Source: Octopus vulgaris
Taxonomy: Eukaryota
Reading direction: 5' to 3'
DNA length: 64,000 nt
Assembly: GCA_951406725.2 (NCBI GenBank)
Contig: OX597826.1
Span: 70,742,001-70,806,000, forward strand
Each line of letters opens with the position of its first letter. Within the stretch, counting starts at the first letter, position 1. Below the pieces are notes generated by a model that made no database searches, had not been told where the DNA came from, and saw only the letters and a program-made list of their open reading frames with translations. Both the position numbers and the translations under genes were made by a program. Shown here piece by piece: positions 24,679-37,344 of the stretch.

Positions 24679-24873
24679 CCATGATAGATTGTTAGCCACT
24701 ACACACATTTTTCTCTCCTTGTTGCTCTCCTTGTTTTTCCTGTGTCTCTTTCTGTAGAAGAGCGTAGGCTCGAAACGTAAAAGGCTTTTTCTATTCCTGA
24801 GCGTAATCCTAATACATCTGTTTATTTTCTACACCACATGTCTTCGTCTTTTGTTTTTTTCGTAAACTCTCCC
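24677..24873 (+). mobile_element. Penelope-like terminal fragment in (TA)n with variant hammerhead core
   Basis: CTGTAGAA-GAGC-gtag-GCTC-GAAACGT at 24752-24778. (TA)n on both sides. Confidence 0.7.
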
Positions 24874-24957
<84 letters not shown>

Positions 24958-24961
<4 letters not shown>

Positions 24962-25235
24962 CCCAGTGGCCCAGTGGTTAGGGCAGTGGACTCGCGGTTT
25001 CGATTCCCACACCGGGCGTTGTGTGCGTTTACTGAACGAAAACACCTAAAACTCCACGAGACTCCGGCAGGGGGTGGTGGCGACCCCCGTTGTACTCTTT
25101 CGCGCCAACTTTTTCTCTTTCTTCCTGTTTCTTGAGTAACGTTGCGATGGACTGGCGTCCCGTCCAGCTGGGGAGAACACATATACCATAGAAACCGGGA
25201 AACTGGGCCCATGAGCCTGGCTAGGCTTGAAAAGG

Positions 25236-25240
<5 letters not shown>
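24958..25240 (+). mobile_element. SINE family C
   Basis: tggcccagtggttagg head, gcgatggactggcgtcccgtccag, tail ggctaggcttgaaaagggcgca. Confidence 0.88.
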
Positions 25241-25288
<48 letters not shown>

Positions 25289-25360
25289 TAATAAAGAGAA
25301 TGAAGAATTGGAACATTCAAAATTTATGTTTATTTACAGTTGGTTTATTCATAATAATTG

Positions 25361-25430
25361 TCCGACACGTGTTTCGATTGCATTATATACATATTGTTGT
25401 ATATTTCTCTGCAGTGATCTCTTCAGGGTG
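25361..25430 (-). ncRNA. Type I minimal hammerhead ribozyme motif (Penelope-associated)
   Basis: Minus strand: cc-CTGAAGA-gatcactgca...tgcaatc-GAAAC-ACGT-GTC-gg. The core is intact, stem III is palindromic, and AATAAA lies just downstream, followed by (TA)n. Confidence 0.75.
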
Positions 25431-25573
25431 TATAAATATGACATTGTTCGAAAAGGAGTTTTCCTCCGTTATTAGTTTGATTTAGATTTGGTAGCAGTAG
25501 TAGTAGTAAACCATAACGCTCATCAATTAGCTGTTTTTCACAAAAAAGAAACATATGTAAAACATATGTGCAT

Positions 25574-25615
<42 letters not shown>

Positions 25616-25672
25616 TTATGCATATATACATACATATATGCATATATGCATACATATACACGCCCACACACA

Positions 25673-25747
<75 letters not shown>

Positions 25748-26436
25748 ATTCATGAAAAACAACCAGAGGGGGGGGTCTCTCTTATTCTTATTCTGTGGCA
25801 TTGTAGTTTGTTTACAATTTAATGTTACATTCAATAATCAAATTAAATATGACGACGATAAATATCAAATTTTATTTTTATCTGTAAAGTTATTTCATTT
25901 CTAGATATTTATAACCTATTCTTATTTTTTATTCGCACAATTTTGAGCTTATCACCAGAGTCAAAAATAAGAGAATACATTGATCGTATATTCAGTACAG
26001 CTTAATGTTTATAATTTTTGAAGAATGCGAGAAATTTTGTCAAATGATTCTGTTGAACTACCATAGTTATAGCACAATTTGTTCCTTTTCAACGCAAGGA
26101 CAAAGTAGAAAAGTGTCTTTAACCTCATGGATTTGCTCTTTAAACAACAAAGCTACATTTAACAGAAGCAGTCAAAGAAGTAAATCTATTGGATCTTGAA
26201 AATTTCTGTTACAGCACAAGTGAAAGAAAAGCAAAATAAATAAATAAATGAATAAAAGAGAATGAGAAAATACAAAGAAAACAAAAGCAATTGGAGATAT
26301 CTTGATCAAAACTTGCCCGCTCAAAATAGGATGGTGGCAGCTGCGTTCTGAAATGTATTACAGAAAACCAAATCACTTTCAGTTTCATTATCAAGCAGTC
26401 CTATATTAAGGATTAAGTTGTAATTAAAAAAAAAAA

Positions 26437-27030
26437 TTTTATTACCCACAAGGGGCTAAACATAGAGGGGACAAACAAGGACAGACAAAGGAATTAAGTC
26501 GATTACATCGACCCCAGTGCGTAACTAGTACTTAACTTATCGACCCCGAAAGGATGAAAGACAAAGTCGACCTCAGCGGAATGTGAACTCAGAACGTAAC
26601 GGCTGACGAAATACCTATTTCTTTACGGTACATAAGGGGCTAAACATAGAGGGGACAAACAAAGACAGACATAGGTATTAAGTGGATTGTATCGACCCCG
26701 GTGCGTAACTGGTACTTATTTAATCGACCCCGAAAGTATGAAAGGCAAAGTCGACCTCGGCGGAATTTGAACTCAGAACGTAGCGGCAGACGAAATACCT
26801 ATTTCTTTATTACCCACAAGGGGCTAAACACAGAGGGGACAAACATTGACAGACATAGATATTAAGTCGATTATATCGACCCCAGTGCGTAACTGGTACT
26901 TAGTTTATCGACCCCGAAAGGATGAAAGGCAAAGTCGACCTCGGCGGAATTTGAACTCAGAACGTAGCGGCCGACGAAATACCGGTAAGCATTTCGCCCG
27001 GCATGCTAACGTTTCTGCCAGCTCGCCGCC
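26437..27030 (-). mobile_element. SINE family A trimer
   Basis: Three units of about 175 bp. TSD-like ttaaggat(t/c)aagttgt on both sides. Confidence 0.9.
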
Positions 27031-28599
27031 ATTTAAGGATCAAGTTGTGCAGATCAAATCTACAGTATTTGGTTTGTAAATTCTCTTCAGCTTTATGAAT
27101 ACGACTGGTGCAACATCACGTTCCCTGTTCTTGCAGATGCATCCACACAAGTTCATTTAAAGAAGAGCTTCGCTTTTATTTTTCTCTCTCATTACAACTT
27201 ACTCTCTCAAATATTTTGGGGAAAGGTTTCATATTTCATGAAATCAGAAAATCGTACGTAGGATAATATGCTACGCAGATAAAACAATAAAATGTCCACA
27301 AGGAAACTCCCCATTAGGTAGAGAGGTCAACAAAAGAAATTACTAGGGATTTCCCCATCTTCTTGCCGCCTATTGGCGTATATTTAAAGTTGTCCGTATA
27401 TCCTCAATTCGTTAAGTCGTCGTTAAGTGGGTCAACCGAATGCTGCACGCAATGACAAAAAGAGGAGAAAAAACATAAAAACTGTAAGCCTCTTTGTAGG
27501 AGAAAAACAGAATAAAAATTAGTGACTGTCAATGAAAAAGTGAGATAACTTCTATATATTGAGAATTAATCTATCAAACTTAATTTACATGTTTAGTGAT
27601 AAGTCGACCACATTTTGTAAAACAAACTGGGGGACATAATCCCCTCTCTATCCTTATCGTTTTCTTCGAGTTGGTGATGGCTTGAATAAAAACTAATTGC
27701 CTTTTCTTAAACTGACAGTCACATCCGCTCTGTATCTTACTTCCACTGTAGATATAAGACAGAGTAAATAATGTCATACAGCTGGAGTGAATTTGATTTA
27801 TATCCTGTAATTTGATAAAATAGTTTAGTCTTAGCCTTGTCAGTGAGAGTCTATAGGCGGATCAAAAAACCATCGAGGCAAGCTCTAATCAATCGGTTGA
27901 TCTGGAAAGGACACGTTGGATAAAATAGATCGAAATGGACAAAAATAAAATAAATTCTGCTGAAGCACCTCTGATGATAGGTGTTGAATAGGGGCAGGCT
28001 TCAGGCGAAACCTCTACGACGACGACGACATGTGGTCAAAACGTTGTGTGTTTCGTGAAGTTGTCTTCAAATGATAATTCTATTTACAATATATTTTCTT
28101 TCACCAATACTGAAAGTTGAGCAACGACGGTCTTGATTAAATAAAACGGCGACAAAGGAAACACGCTATTTACTCGGCTATGGAAGCAATTTTGCCTCCT
28201 TCTTTGATTTGTGAGAGCGTGTATTATGGATACCATCTAATAATAGATATCAAAAGTAATCAGATACTACAATAATTGTCTTCCGTCTTCTCGGTTTCGC
28301 TGATTGTCCATTATCTTGCTGTTCTCAGGAAATCTCTCTTTTCTTGCTGAATCAGTTCCAAACTGAACGAGACGTAATTAGTTTGAAATCATCACCCTTA
28401 GTTTGTTAGTCCTACATGTAGCTTGCTCTTAATCTTGTTCGTGTTGTTACTGCAGATGTTGGTGATGTTTACTTTTTTTTCTTTTGTTTTTTCTTTCTTT
28501 TTTTTTTTGGTGATGCCCCGAATCAGTCCTGACCAAGTTTTATGATCAAAAGCGTTCCTACCTTAATCGTCCCGTATTTCTATATAAAAAAGTAAATAA

Positions 28600-28846
28600 A
28601 TGCGCCCTTTTAAAGCCTAGCCAGGCTCATGGGCCTGGTTTCCCGGTTTCTATGGCGTATGCGTTCCCCAGCTGGACAGGACGCCAGTCCATCGCAGCGT
28701 TACTCATTTTTGCCAGCTGAGTGGACTGGAGCAACGTGAAATGAAGTGTTTTGCTCAAGAACACAACGCATCGCCCGATCCAGGAATCGAAACCACAATC
28801 TTACGATCATGATACTGACACCCTGACCACTAAGCCACGCGCCTCC
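28600..28846 (-). mobile_element. SINE family C
   Basis: Consensus match with TSD cgtatttctatata. Confidence 0.88.
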
Positions 28847-29254
28847 ACGTATTTCTATATATCTACGACAAAATTGTCCAATGAACCCGTCCACAATTTG
28901 ATAATGTAAATTGCGATTTGTGGAAAGTTGGCTGTTATAAGGTGGAGCGACAATGAGATTTTTGAGAAAAAGCGAGGCACTTAGGGTCTTGTCCAGCTTT
29001 ATTTTGGGTGCATCTTTTGTTGGAGTAAACGCCTCACCATCGTTCGAGATTTCAGCGTCCATTCTTACTGTGTGTCCCAAGTAGGTGTACTTCTTTAACG
29101 CTTTTTAATTTTCCAAGGTACCGTGCAATGGGATTGAACTTGAACATGAGGTTATCGAATTTGCATAGCAAACTTTTATAACCATACCAGCATTCCTGAA
29201 TGGAGTAATTAATTCTATATAACGATATATATATAACCATCATTAAATCTAAGA

Positions 29255-29292
<38 letters not shown>

Positions 29293-29320
29293 AAGAGAGC
29301 GAGAGAGAGTTAGACAGTTG

Positions 29321-29357
<37 letters not shown>

Positions 29358-30548
29358 GGATGGATAGATATATAGATAGATAGATAAGTGTCTGCATGGG
29401 CATGTGCTTGTGTAAAGTAGCCTAAAACAGCATTTCGAGTTGCATTCATTTAAGTGAATAAAATAGGAAACGTAGCCGCTCGATAAATAGTGATTAATAA
29501 AAAATGTGTCAGACTGAAGTGTGTGCTGGAGGCGATATGATCGACAAAACATTTCAAGGCGGTGCCCTGGCATTGTATCGGTTTCAGTTCAATGACTGAA
29601 ATCAATGCAAAAGTATAAAAATAAATATCTATTGTATATTACATAACTTTTCTCATAAATTTTCTCGCAGCCAGCTGAATGGTATCAGAGTATTATCTCG
29701 TGAATATTTTATTAACATAGACAAATACAGGTATATCGAATACCATACAACGCAAATTGTTGATTTAATAAAACTGTCTCTGCCACCAGAGGATGTATCA
29801 TAATTACCAAATGGCAATTAAGACCAGCGACTCTCGGGAAGGGGAGACAGCCCCAAGAATCAAGGATTCTCCAAAGCTGACATGCTTATTAAAAGGAAAA
29901 AGAATATACTAATTGTATGGAGATAAAAGGTCAGTCTTGGATAAGTGTTTCTGGGTCAAACGATGTCTTCAGCACGACAGTGGTCTGAACTTACCTACAG
30001 TGGACAATGGACTTAGACTTTTACAAAACAGAGTAGAAATCATTTATTGCCTGGGCAATTCATATAGATGTATTTGTCCATGTTTGAATACATACCACTG
30101 GCTACTTTTAGCTATTTCTCTTGGTTCAGTTTTCGTTTTAATTATACAAATTACCTTGACCGCGGATGTTTTCTACTCTGTTTTGTAAAAGTCTTGGTTC
30201 TTTGACTGCTGGAGATAAAACCGGACAGTTGTCAAGCTGATGATGGCTAATGAACCAGAAACACATTTCTCCTGACAATAAGACTACCTTTTTTTCTTTT
30301 CCTTAATAGCACGTCAGTTATGGAAAAATTGTTGATTCTCGGAGTTATCTTCTAAAGTGGAGCTGGTTTTAACTGCTATTTGGTAATTATGATACATCAT
30401 ATGGAGGAGGAAATAATTTTAATAAACTAAGAATCCTTGTTGTATGGTATTTGATAGACCTATGTTTATGTATACATAAATGCCATCGATGTTTTTCTTA
30501 GATCATTTATGATTAAAAATATTTTTTATATACGTACATATCTATGTA

Positions 30549-30917
30549 TTTATGTATGCCATTGCTCAGTTTTATTTCAAGATTTCTTGCCAATAGAGAA
30601 AGAGATGGTTTCTAACTTAGATCCAAGGCGCCTTCATTGGAATTTTAACATTAACAGTATGTATGTATGTATGTATGCAAGCATGTACGTATGTGCAGCT
30701 TTGTATGTTTTGTTTTATGTATATATTTTCATGCATATAGTTTCCATGTCTAGACATGCTCACATATGCTTCAATGATAAACTTCTGGAAAGTTTTATTG
30801 TTTTACAGTTCCAGTGATGGCTTGGATCTGTATTCTTTGAATCAGCTTTCTTTCTGGTTTTGAGAAGCCTCTCAGAATTGGTATTTAGGCAGTGTGTTAC
30901 ATATCCCAGCTCCCCAG
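30549..30917 (-). mobile_element. 5'-truncated R4-like (RLE) retrotransposon 3' end in (CATA)n (family R4-c)
   Basis: Minus strand, with frameshifts: GELGYVTHCLNTN / GFSKPERKLIQRIQIQAITGTVK / KTFQKF. The 3' UTR ends aataaaactgagcaatgg followed by CATA-type repeats. Confidence 0.7.
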
Positions 30918-31140
30918 TATGTATGTATGTATGTATGTATGTATGTATGTATGTATGTATGTATGTATGTATGTATGTATGTATGCATTATGTATGCATG
31001 TATGTATGGATGGATGTGTGTATATATATGTATGTATGTATGTATGTATGCATGTATGTATGTATGTATGTATGTATGGATGTATGTATGTATGTATGTA
31101 TGTATGTATGCATGCATGCATGTATGCATGCATGTATGTA

Positions 31141-31720
31141 TATGAGGTCTGTCGAAAACGAAACCGAACTTCTTAAAAATATATATTTATTGTTTTACTT
31201 AAAATTTAAGAATTTAATCGAACATTTTTCCTTCAAAATATTTCCCTCCGCTGCTGATATACCTATGATGTTCCCAACACCCTTTCGAATTTTTCAACGA
31301 GTCCTAGAACTCGTTTTCATATTTCTGCGTGTAGTGACTGGCATATATGGGAGTAGTGCGTAGTTCTTTTTGTGAATTTTCTCCAATGTCTCCCATTGCC
31401 TGAAATCGGAGACCTTTCAGTTCGGATTTCAAATTTTGGGAAGAAAACAGCCAGTGGAGCAAATTCCGCAGAGTATAGTGGCTGGAGTGGAGAGTCATCT
31501 CCCCCTTTGCGGGTGAGAAATTAAGTGTCAACAGGTGCGCTGTCGTGGTGTAGTATCCAGATTATGTTTCTCCGTGTCTTGAGCCTTTTGTCTCAGAACT
31601 ACCTTTCTCATACACATCAAACCATTCAAGTAAAACTCTTTTGTTATCATTCGAATACGCGGTGCAAACTTTGATGAACAATCTTTTTCCTATCAAAACA
31701 TTACTTTCATATCTTAAAAC
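31141..31720 (-). pseudogene. Mariner transposase fossil with 3' TIR
   Basis: WILHHDSAPVD, NLKSELKGLRF and GKYFEG on the minus strand. TIR-like tatgaggtctgtcgaaaa at 31141. Confidence 0.8.
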
Positions 31721-31879
31721 CTCCGACGTATATTTTTTTTATTTTGTTTAATTTTGAGTGATGGTGAACTTGATTCAACCCTCCGCGTCGACTGCTTTTT
31801 GTTTCGACTTTGAAGCTTTACACCTAGTTTTCGACACTTGTTACTGTATATTTCAGAAAGGTTCATCAGGATTCGAACG

Positions 31880-33170
31880 AGCAAAGCGGTATTTCGTTTG
31901 TCTTTACGTTTTGAGTTCAAATTCCGCCGAGGTCGACTTTGCCTTTCATCCTTTTGGGGCCGATTAAATAAGTACCAGTTGCGCACTGGGGTCGATGTAA
32001 TCGACTTAATCTCTTTGTCTGTCCTTGCTTCTCCTCTCTATGTTTAGCCCCTTGTGGGCAATAAAGAAATAAGAAACGTTAGCACGCCGGGCGAAAAATG
32101 CTTAGCGGTATTTCGTCTGTCTTTACGTTCTGAGTTCAAATTCCACCGAGGTCGGCTTTGCCTTTCATTCTTTCGGGGTCGATAAATTATTTGCAAGTTG
32201 TGTACTGGGGTCGATCTAATCGACTAGACCCCTCCTCCAAAATGTCAGGCCTTGTGCCTAGAATAGAAAAGAATACAATGTATCTTCTCATAAGGCGGTG
32301 AGCTGACAGAATCGTTAGCACACTGGACAAAGTGATTGCCGGCATTTCGTCCGTCTTTACGTTCTAAGTTCCTTTGCCTTTTATACTTTTGCGGGGTCGA
32401 TGTACTCGACTTTCCCGTTCTCCAAAATTGCTAGCCTTGTTCCAAAAATCGAAGTTAATATAATGTGTCTTCTAAAAAGTCGGCGGGCAGGCAGAATCGT
32501 TACCACGCCAAACGAAACGCTTGGCAGCGTTTCGTCTGTCTTTACATTCTGAGTTCAAACGGCAGACGGAATACCACTAAATATTTCGCCCGGTGTGCTA
32601 ACGTTTTTGCCAGCTCACCGCCTTGCTTCTGAGGTCCATGAAATAAGTACCAGTTGAGCACTGGGGTCGATGTAACCGACTTACTCCTACCTCCCTGCAA
32701 TCGCTGGCCTTGTGCCAAAATTTTAAATCTATATGATATGTCTTCTAAAAGGCCGATGTGCAAGCATAATCGTTACCACGCCGGACGAAAACCTTAGCGG
32801 CATGTCGACTGTCTTTACGTTCTGAGTTCAAATGCCACTGAGGTTGACTTTGCCTTTCATCCTTTCGGGGTCGATTAAATAAGTACCAGTTACGCACTGG
32901 AGTCGATATAATCGACTTAATCCGTTTGTCTGTCCTTGTTTGTCCTCTCTGTGTTTAGCCCCTTGTGGGTAGTAAAGAAATAGGTATTTTAATAAGGCGG
33001 CGAGCTGGCAGAAACGTTAGCACGCCGGGCGAAATGCTTAGCGGTATTTCGTCTGCCGCTACGTTCTGAGTTCAAATTCCGCCGAGGTCGACTTTGCCTG
33101 GAGTCGATGCAACCGACTTACACCATCCCACGAAACCGCTGGCCTTGTGCCAAGATTTGAAATCAATATA
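31880..33170 (+). mobile_element. Nested cluster of at least 7 SINE family A pieces (one inverted at about 32555-32605)
   Basis: Repeated heads and central domains of different ages. Confidence 0.88.
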
Positions 33171-33935
33171 ATGCGTCTTCATGTGACTAAGACTTTTAAA
33201 CATACTTCCTACTTCGAAAATGTCACGGACGTTCAGGCAATGAATTCCACGTCAGAATAAGTAATTTTGTAATATCGCCGTCTTCCATTGCTGTGGAAGG
33301 TTATCGAGACATGGGATAGGCTTCGATCGATCTCCTTCCAGCTTTGAAATATTTATACTGCTGACATTGCAGATTTTTCAGGTAATCCGCTCAAAGATAT
33401 GTTGCAGCACAAGAAAAGATTTTGTAAAACGAGATTTTTCCCTAATTCAAAACAAAATGTCACATGTACGCGCTGCTTTCCCAAAGTCCTCACAGTTGAC
33501 AAATCTCCAAGTGTATTAAAGATGTATTTATTTAAGCATGTGCGGCTGGCCTAATTGATGTGGAATATTAAACCGTTACACCGACGGCCAGACTCACCTG
33601 TACATAGCGATGCAGTTACGATCACACCACTGGACCAAGTGGCTGGCACGCTTGTTTAAAATTTTGTTTCTTATAGACATACATTATGTGTGTGTGCGTG
33701 TGTATGTGTACACACACACATATACACGCATACACACACACCGATAAGTAAGCGCATAAATACAAAACACGTTGACTAAGACAGTACTCAAATATCAAAG
33801 GTAAAATAATATGCTGTTTATTAAAGGTGAAAAAAAAATCTGTCCCTCAGAGGAGACTTATCACAACTATCCAACGAACAGTAACGTGAAACTCACAATA
33901 ACAGTTTCTGAAGATTGTTTTCGACTCTCATATGA

Positions 33936-34002
<67 letters not shown>

Positions 34003-34098
34003 GGACACACACAAACACAGATACACACACCTACACACATCTTATATGTATATATGTATACATACATGCACACATACACACATACACACATACATACG

Positions 34099-34128
<30 letters not shown>

Positions 34129-34129
<1 letters not shown>

Positions 34130-34928
34130 GGCGCAGGAGTGGCTGTGTGGTAAGTAGCTTGTTTACCAACCTCATTATTCCGGGTTCAGTCCCACTGCGT
34201 GGCACCTTGGGCAAGTGTCTTCTACTATAGCCTCGGGCCGACCAAAGCCTTGTGAGTGGATTTGGTAGACGGAAACTGAAAGAAGCCTGTCGTATATATG
34301 TACATATATATATATATATATATATATGTATATTTGTGTGTCTGTGTTTGTCCCCCTAGCATTGCTTGACAACCGATGCTGGTGTGTTTAAGTCCCCGTT
34401 ACTTAGCGGTTCGGCAAAAGAGACCGATTGAATAAGTACTGGGCTTACAAAAGAATAAGTCCCGGGGTCGAGTTGCTCGATTAAAGGCGGTGCTCCAGCA
34501 TGGTCGCAGTCAAATGACTGAAACAAGTAAAAGAGTAAAAGAGTAAAAGAGTAAAGAGTATATCATAGGCGTAGAAGGGCTATAGACTCAGGAGTGGCTG
34601 TGAGGTAAGTAGCTTCCCAACCACATGTTCCGGGTTCGGTCCCATTGCGTGGCACCTTGGACAAATGTCTTCTGCTATAGCCTCGGGCCGACTAAAGACT
34701 TGTGAGTGAATTTGGTAGACGGAAGCTGAAAGAAGCCCGTCGTATATGTATATATGTATGTATATGTTTGTGTGTCTGTGTTTGTCGTCGTAACTTAGCA
34801 GTTCGGCAAAAGAGAACGATAAAATAAGTAGCACGCTTACAATGAATAAGTCCTGAGGTCGATTTTTTTCAACTAAAGGTGGTGCTCCAGCATGGCCACA
34901 ATCAAATGACTAAAACAAATAAAAGAAT
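34129..34928 (+). mobile_element. Two tandem SINE family B copies (34129-34559 and about 34588-34928)
   Basis: Consensus match. Confidence 0.9.
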
Positions 34929-35469
34929 ATATATATAGATGTGTGTGTGTGTGTATGTATATACACACATACACTTACACATATACATATTTATATACTG
35001 CTTGTTATGTTTATGTATGTGTATATACATCTGTGAGTATATATGCATACGTTTGTGTAACGAAACCAATGATTAATATTAGCTGTCAAACCCTATTTCT
35101 TCCTGCATTCAAAGGTCTGGTAGACATTAAATGAACCAACGACGAAAATTAATGACATTATATTTTACTACAAACGTTCATGTAATACATAATTTTCAAA
35201 CGTCTTCAAACTATAAACGCAAAAACATTTATTTATTTGATAGAATTTCACGTTCACTAAACACTAACCAAACTTTGAGGTCAGCTCAATAAATAAAGTA
35301 TTTCTCTTCTTAAGACTTAGCGACCGATTCCCACCCAATTTCTGTGAAAGAAACTAGGCTGCGGAGATATTATTGGATACGGCACCATCTCTGTATTCTT
35401 CGTTTGAGATTTGATCAAAGAAACGTTGGAGACTCTTTGAAGACTAGAAATTTCTTTTCTTTTATTTTT

Positions 35470-36100
35470 ATCTTTTAGTCCAACTATCATTGGACTGCGG
35501 CCATGCTGGGGCACTGCACTGAAGGGTTTAATCGAACAAATTGACTCTTGTACTTTTCTGTTTGAAGTCTGACCGATTGTGAAACAGTAATCAGAAACAA
35601 AAAGACACGAAGACAAACGCAAGCGCATATGCATACACTCACACACATATACACAAACACACACACACACATACAAACACAAACACACACACACTCACAC
35701 ACATACACACACACACACACACTCACACATAGACACATAAAATCTATATGACGGGCTTCTTTCAGCTTCCGTCGATCAAACTCCACTCACATTTGGCCGG
35801 CCATAATAGAAGACACTTACCCAAGGTGCCACGCAGTTTGACTGAACCCGGAACCACGTAGTCTGGCTTGCATTATTATATGCCATCACAAGGCGGCGAA
35901 CTAGTAGAAGCGTTAGCACGCCTGGCGAAATGCTTAGCGGTATTTCGCCAATCTCTACAGTCTGAGTTCAAAATCCGTCGAGGCCGGTTTTGTCTTTCAT
36001 CCTCTCGGGGTTGATTAAATAAGTACCAGTTACGCACTGGGATTCGATGTAATCAACTTAATCTCCTGCCCCAAAATTGCCCGTGTGGCAAAAATTTTAG
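35470..36100. mobile_element. Old family B copy (-, about 35470-35860) and family A copy (+, about 35890-36100)
   Basis: Diverged consensus matches. Confidence 0.75.
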
Positions 36101-36190
36101 ATCATTATTATATTTCATCACTTTAAATCCTGTCGAAGTCAATTTTAAAAGCCATTCGTCGATAATAATAATAATAATAACAATAATAAT

Positions 36191-36277
36191 ATCTGACGGG
36201 TAGTCCTGATGAGTATACTGGGCTTTGTGTATTTTACCCCAGTGTCACTTTGATGGCATGCACTACTCTCTCACTCA
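36191..36277 (+). mobile_element. 5'-truncated T3 copy in (TAA)n
   Basis: Reverse complement of 4771-4856. (AAT)n on both sides. Confidence 0.75.
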
Positions 36278-36314
36278 ATAATGATAATAATAATAATATA
36301 ATAATAATAATAAT

Positions 36315-36729
36315 ACTCTTTTACTTGTTTCAGTCATTTGACTGCGGCCATGGTGGAGCACAGCCTTTAGTCGAGCAAATCGACCCCAGGACTTATTCTT
36401 TGGACGCCTAGTTCTTATTCTATTGGTCTCTTTTGTCGAACCGCTAAGGTAAGGGTGACGTAAACACACCAGCATCGGTTGTCAAGCGATGTTGGGGGGG
36501 AGGACAAACACAGACACACAAACATATACAGACACATATATATATATACATATATATACGTATATACGACGGGCTTCTTTCAGTTTCCGTCTACCAAATC
36601 CACTCACAAGGCTTTGGTCGACCCTAGGCTATAGTAGAAGACACTTACTCAAGGTGCCACGCAGTGAGACTGAACCCGGGACCATGTGGTTGGTATGCAA
36701 GTTACTTACCACACAGTGACTCCTGTGCC
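36315..36729 (-). mobile_element. SINE family B in (TAA)n
   Basis: Consensus match. Confidence 0.9.
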
Positions 36730-36766
<37 letters not shown>

Positions 36767-37019
36767 GATATTGCTACCAATCAAGAACTGGAATTGATTA
36801 AATTAATTGTGCTAAATTGCATAGATATTTTAAAGTTATGCTGAATAAATCGTACCGCTCTAGTTGCAGTGATGAGAGACGAATATCATACTGGCGAAAG
36901 ACACAGCCTATCACACGCAGCTTTCCAATGTGTTCCGATGTATTTTACCAGAGTGCTTTTCGAAAATACCCGAAAATCGCAGCACGTTTTCCCTTCCAGC
37001 CAATGACCATGCAGCCAAA

Positions 37020-37255
37020 AACCATATCGACCTTAATATCAACATGTAAATTCACCCGAATATTTACATCTAGTTTTACATCCACCCCGATATCGATATC
37101 TATATTTACATCTACCCGAATATCAACATCTATGTTTTTTTCCTTCGACCCAAACATTTACCTCTGCATTAACCTCCACCCGAATATCAGCATCCGCATA
37201 TTACATCTATCCGAATATCTGCATCTCTATTTTTCCAGCCACCCGAAAGCCCACC
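37020..37255. repeat. Degenerate 30-bp minisatellite (about 7 units)
   Basis: Consensus approximately cacccgaatatcaacatctatatttacatc. Confidence 0.75.
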
Positions 37256-37344
37256 CCTTATACATATGCACCAGTCCGAATAAACACGTCTATATTTTAT
37301 ATGCAGAAACATAATAAATGCTTGTACATAGAGGCGTTGCGTTT

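Noticed and set aside
27960-28060. CTGATGA...GAAAC hammerhead candidate and nearby SYVG (GIY-YIG-like) patch at about 27250
   Set aside because: Stem II does not pair and no NUH with stem III follows. It may be PLE debris but is not supportable.
31880-33180. Repeat-spacer appearance suggesting CRISPR
   Set aside because: The units are SINE copies of irregular length in a eukaryotic context, with no cas genes.
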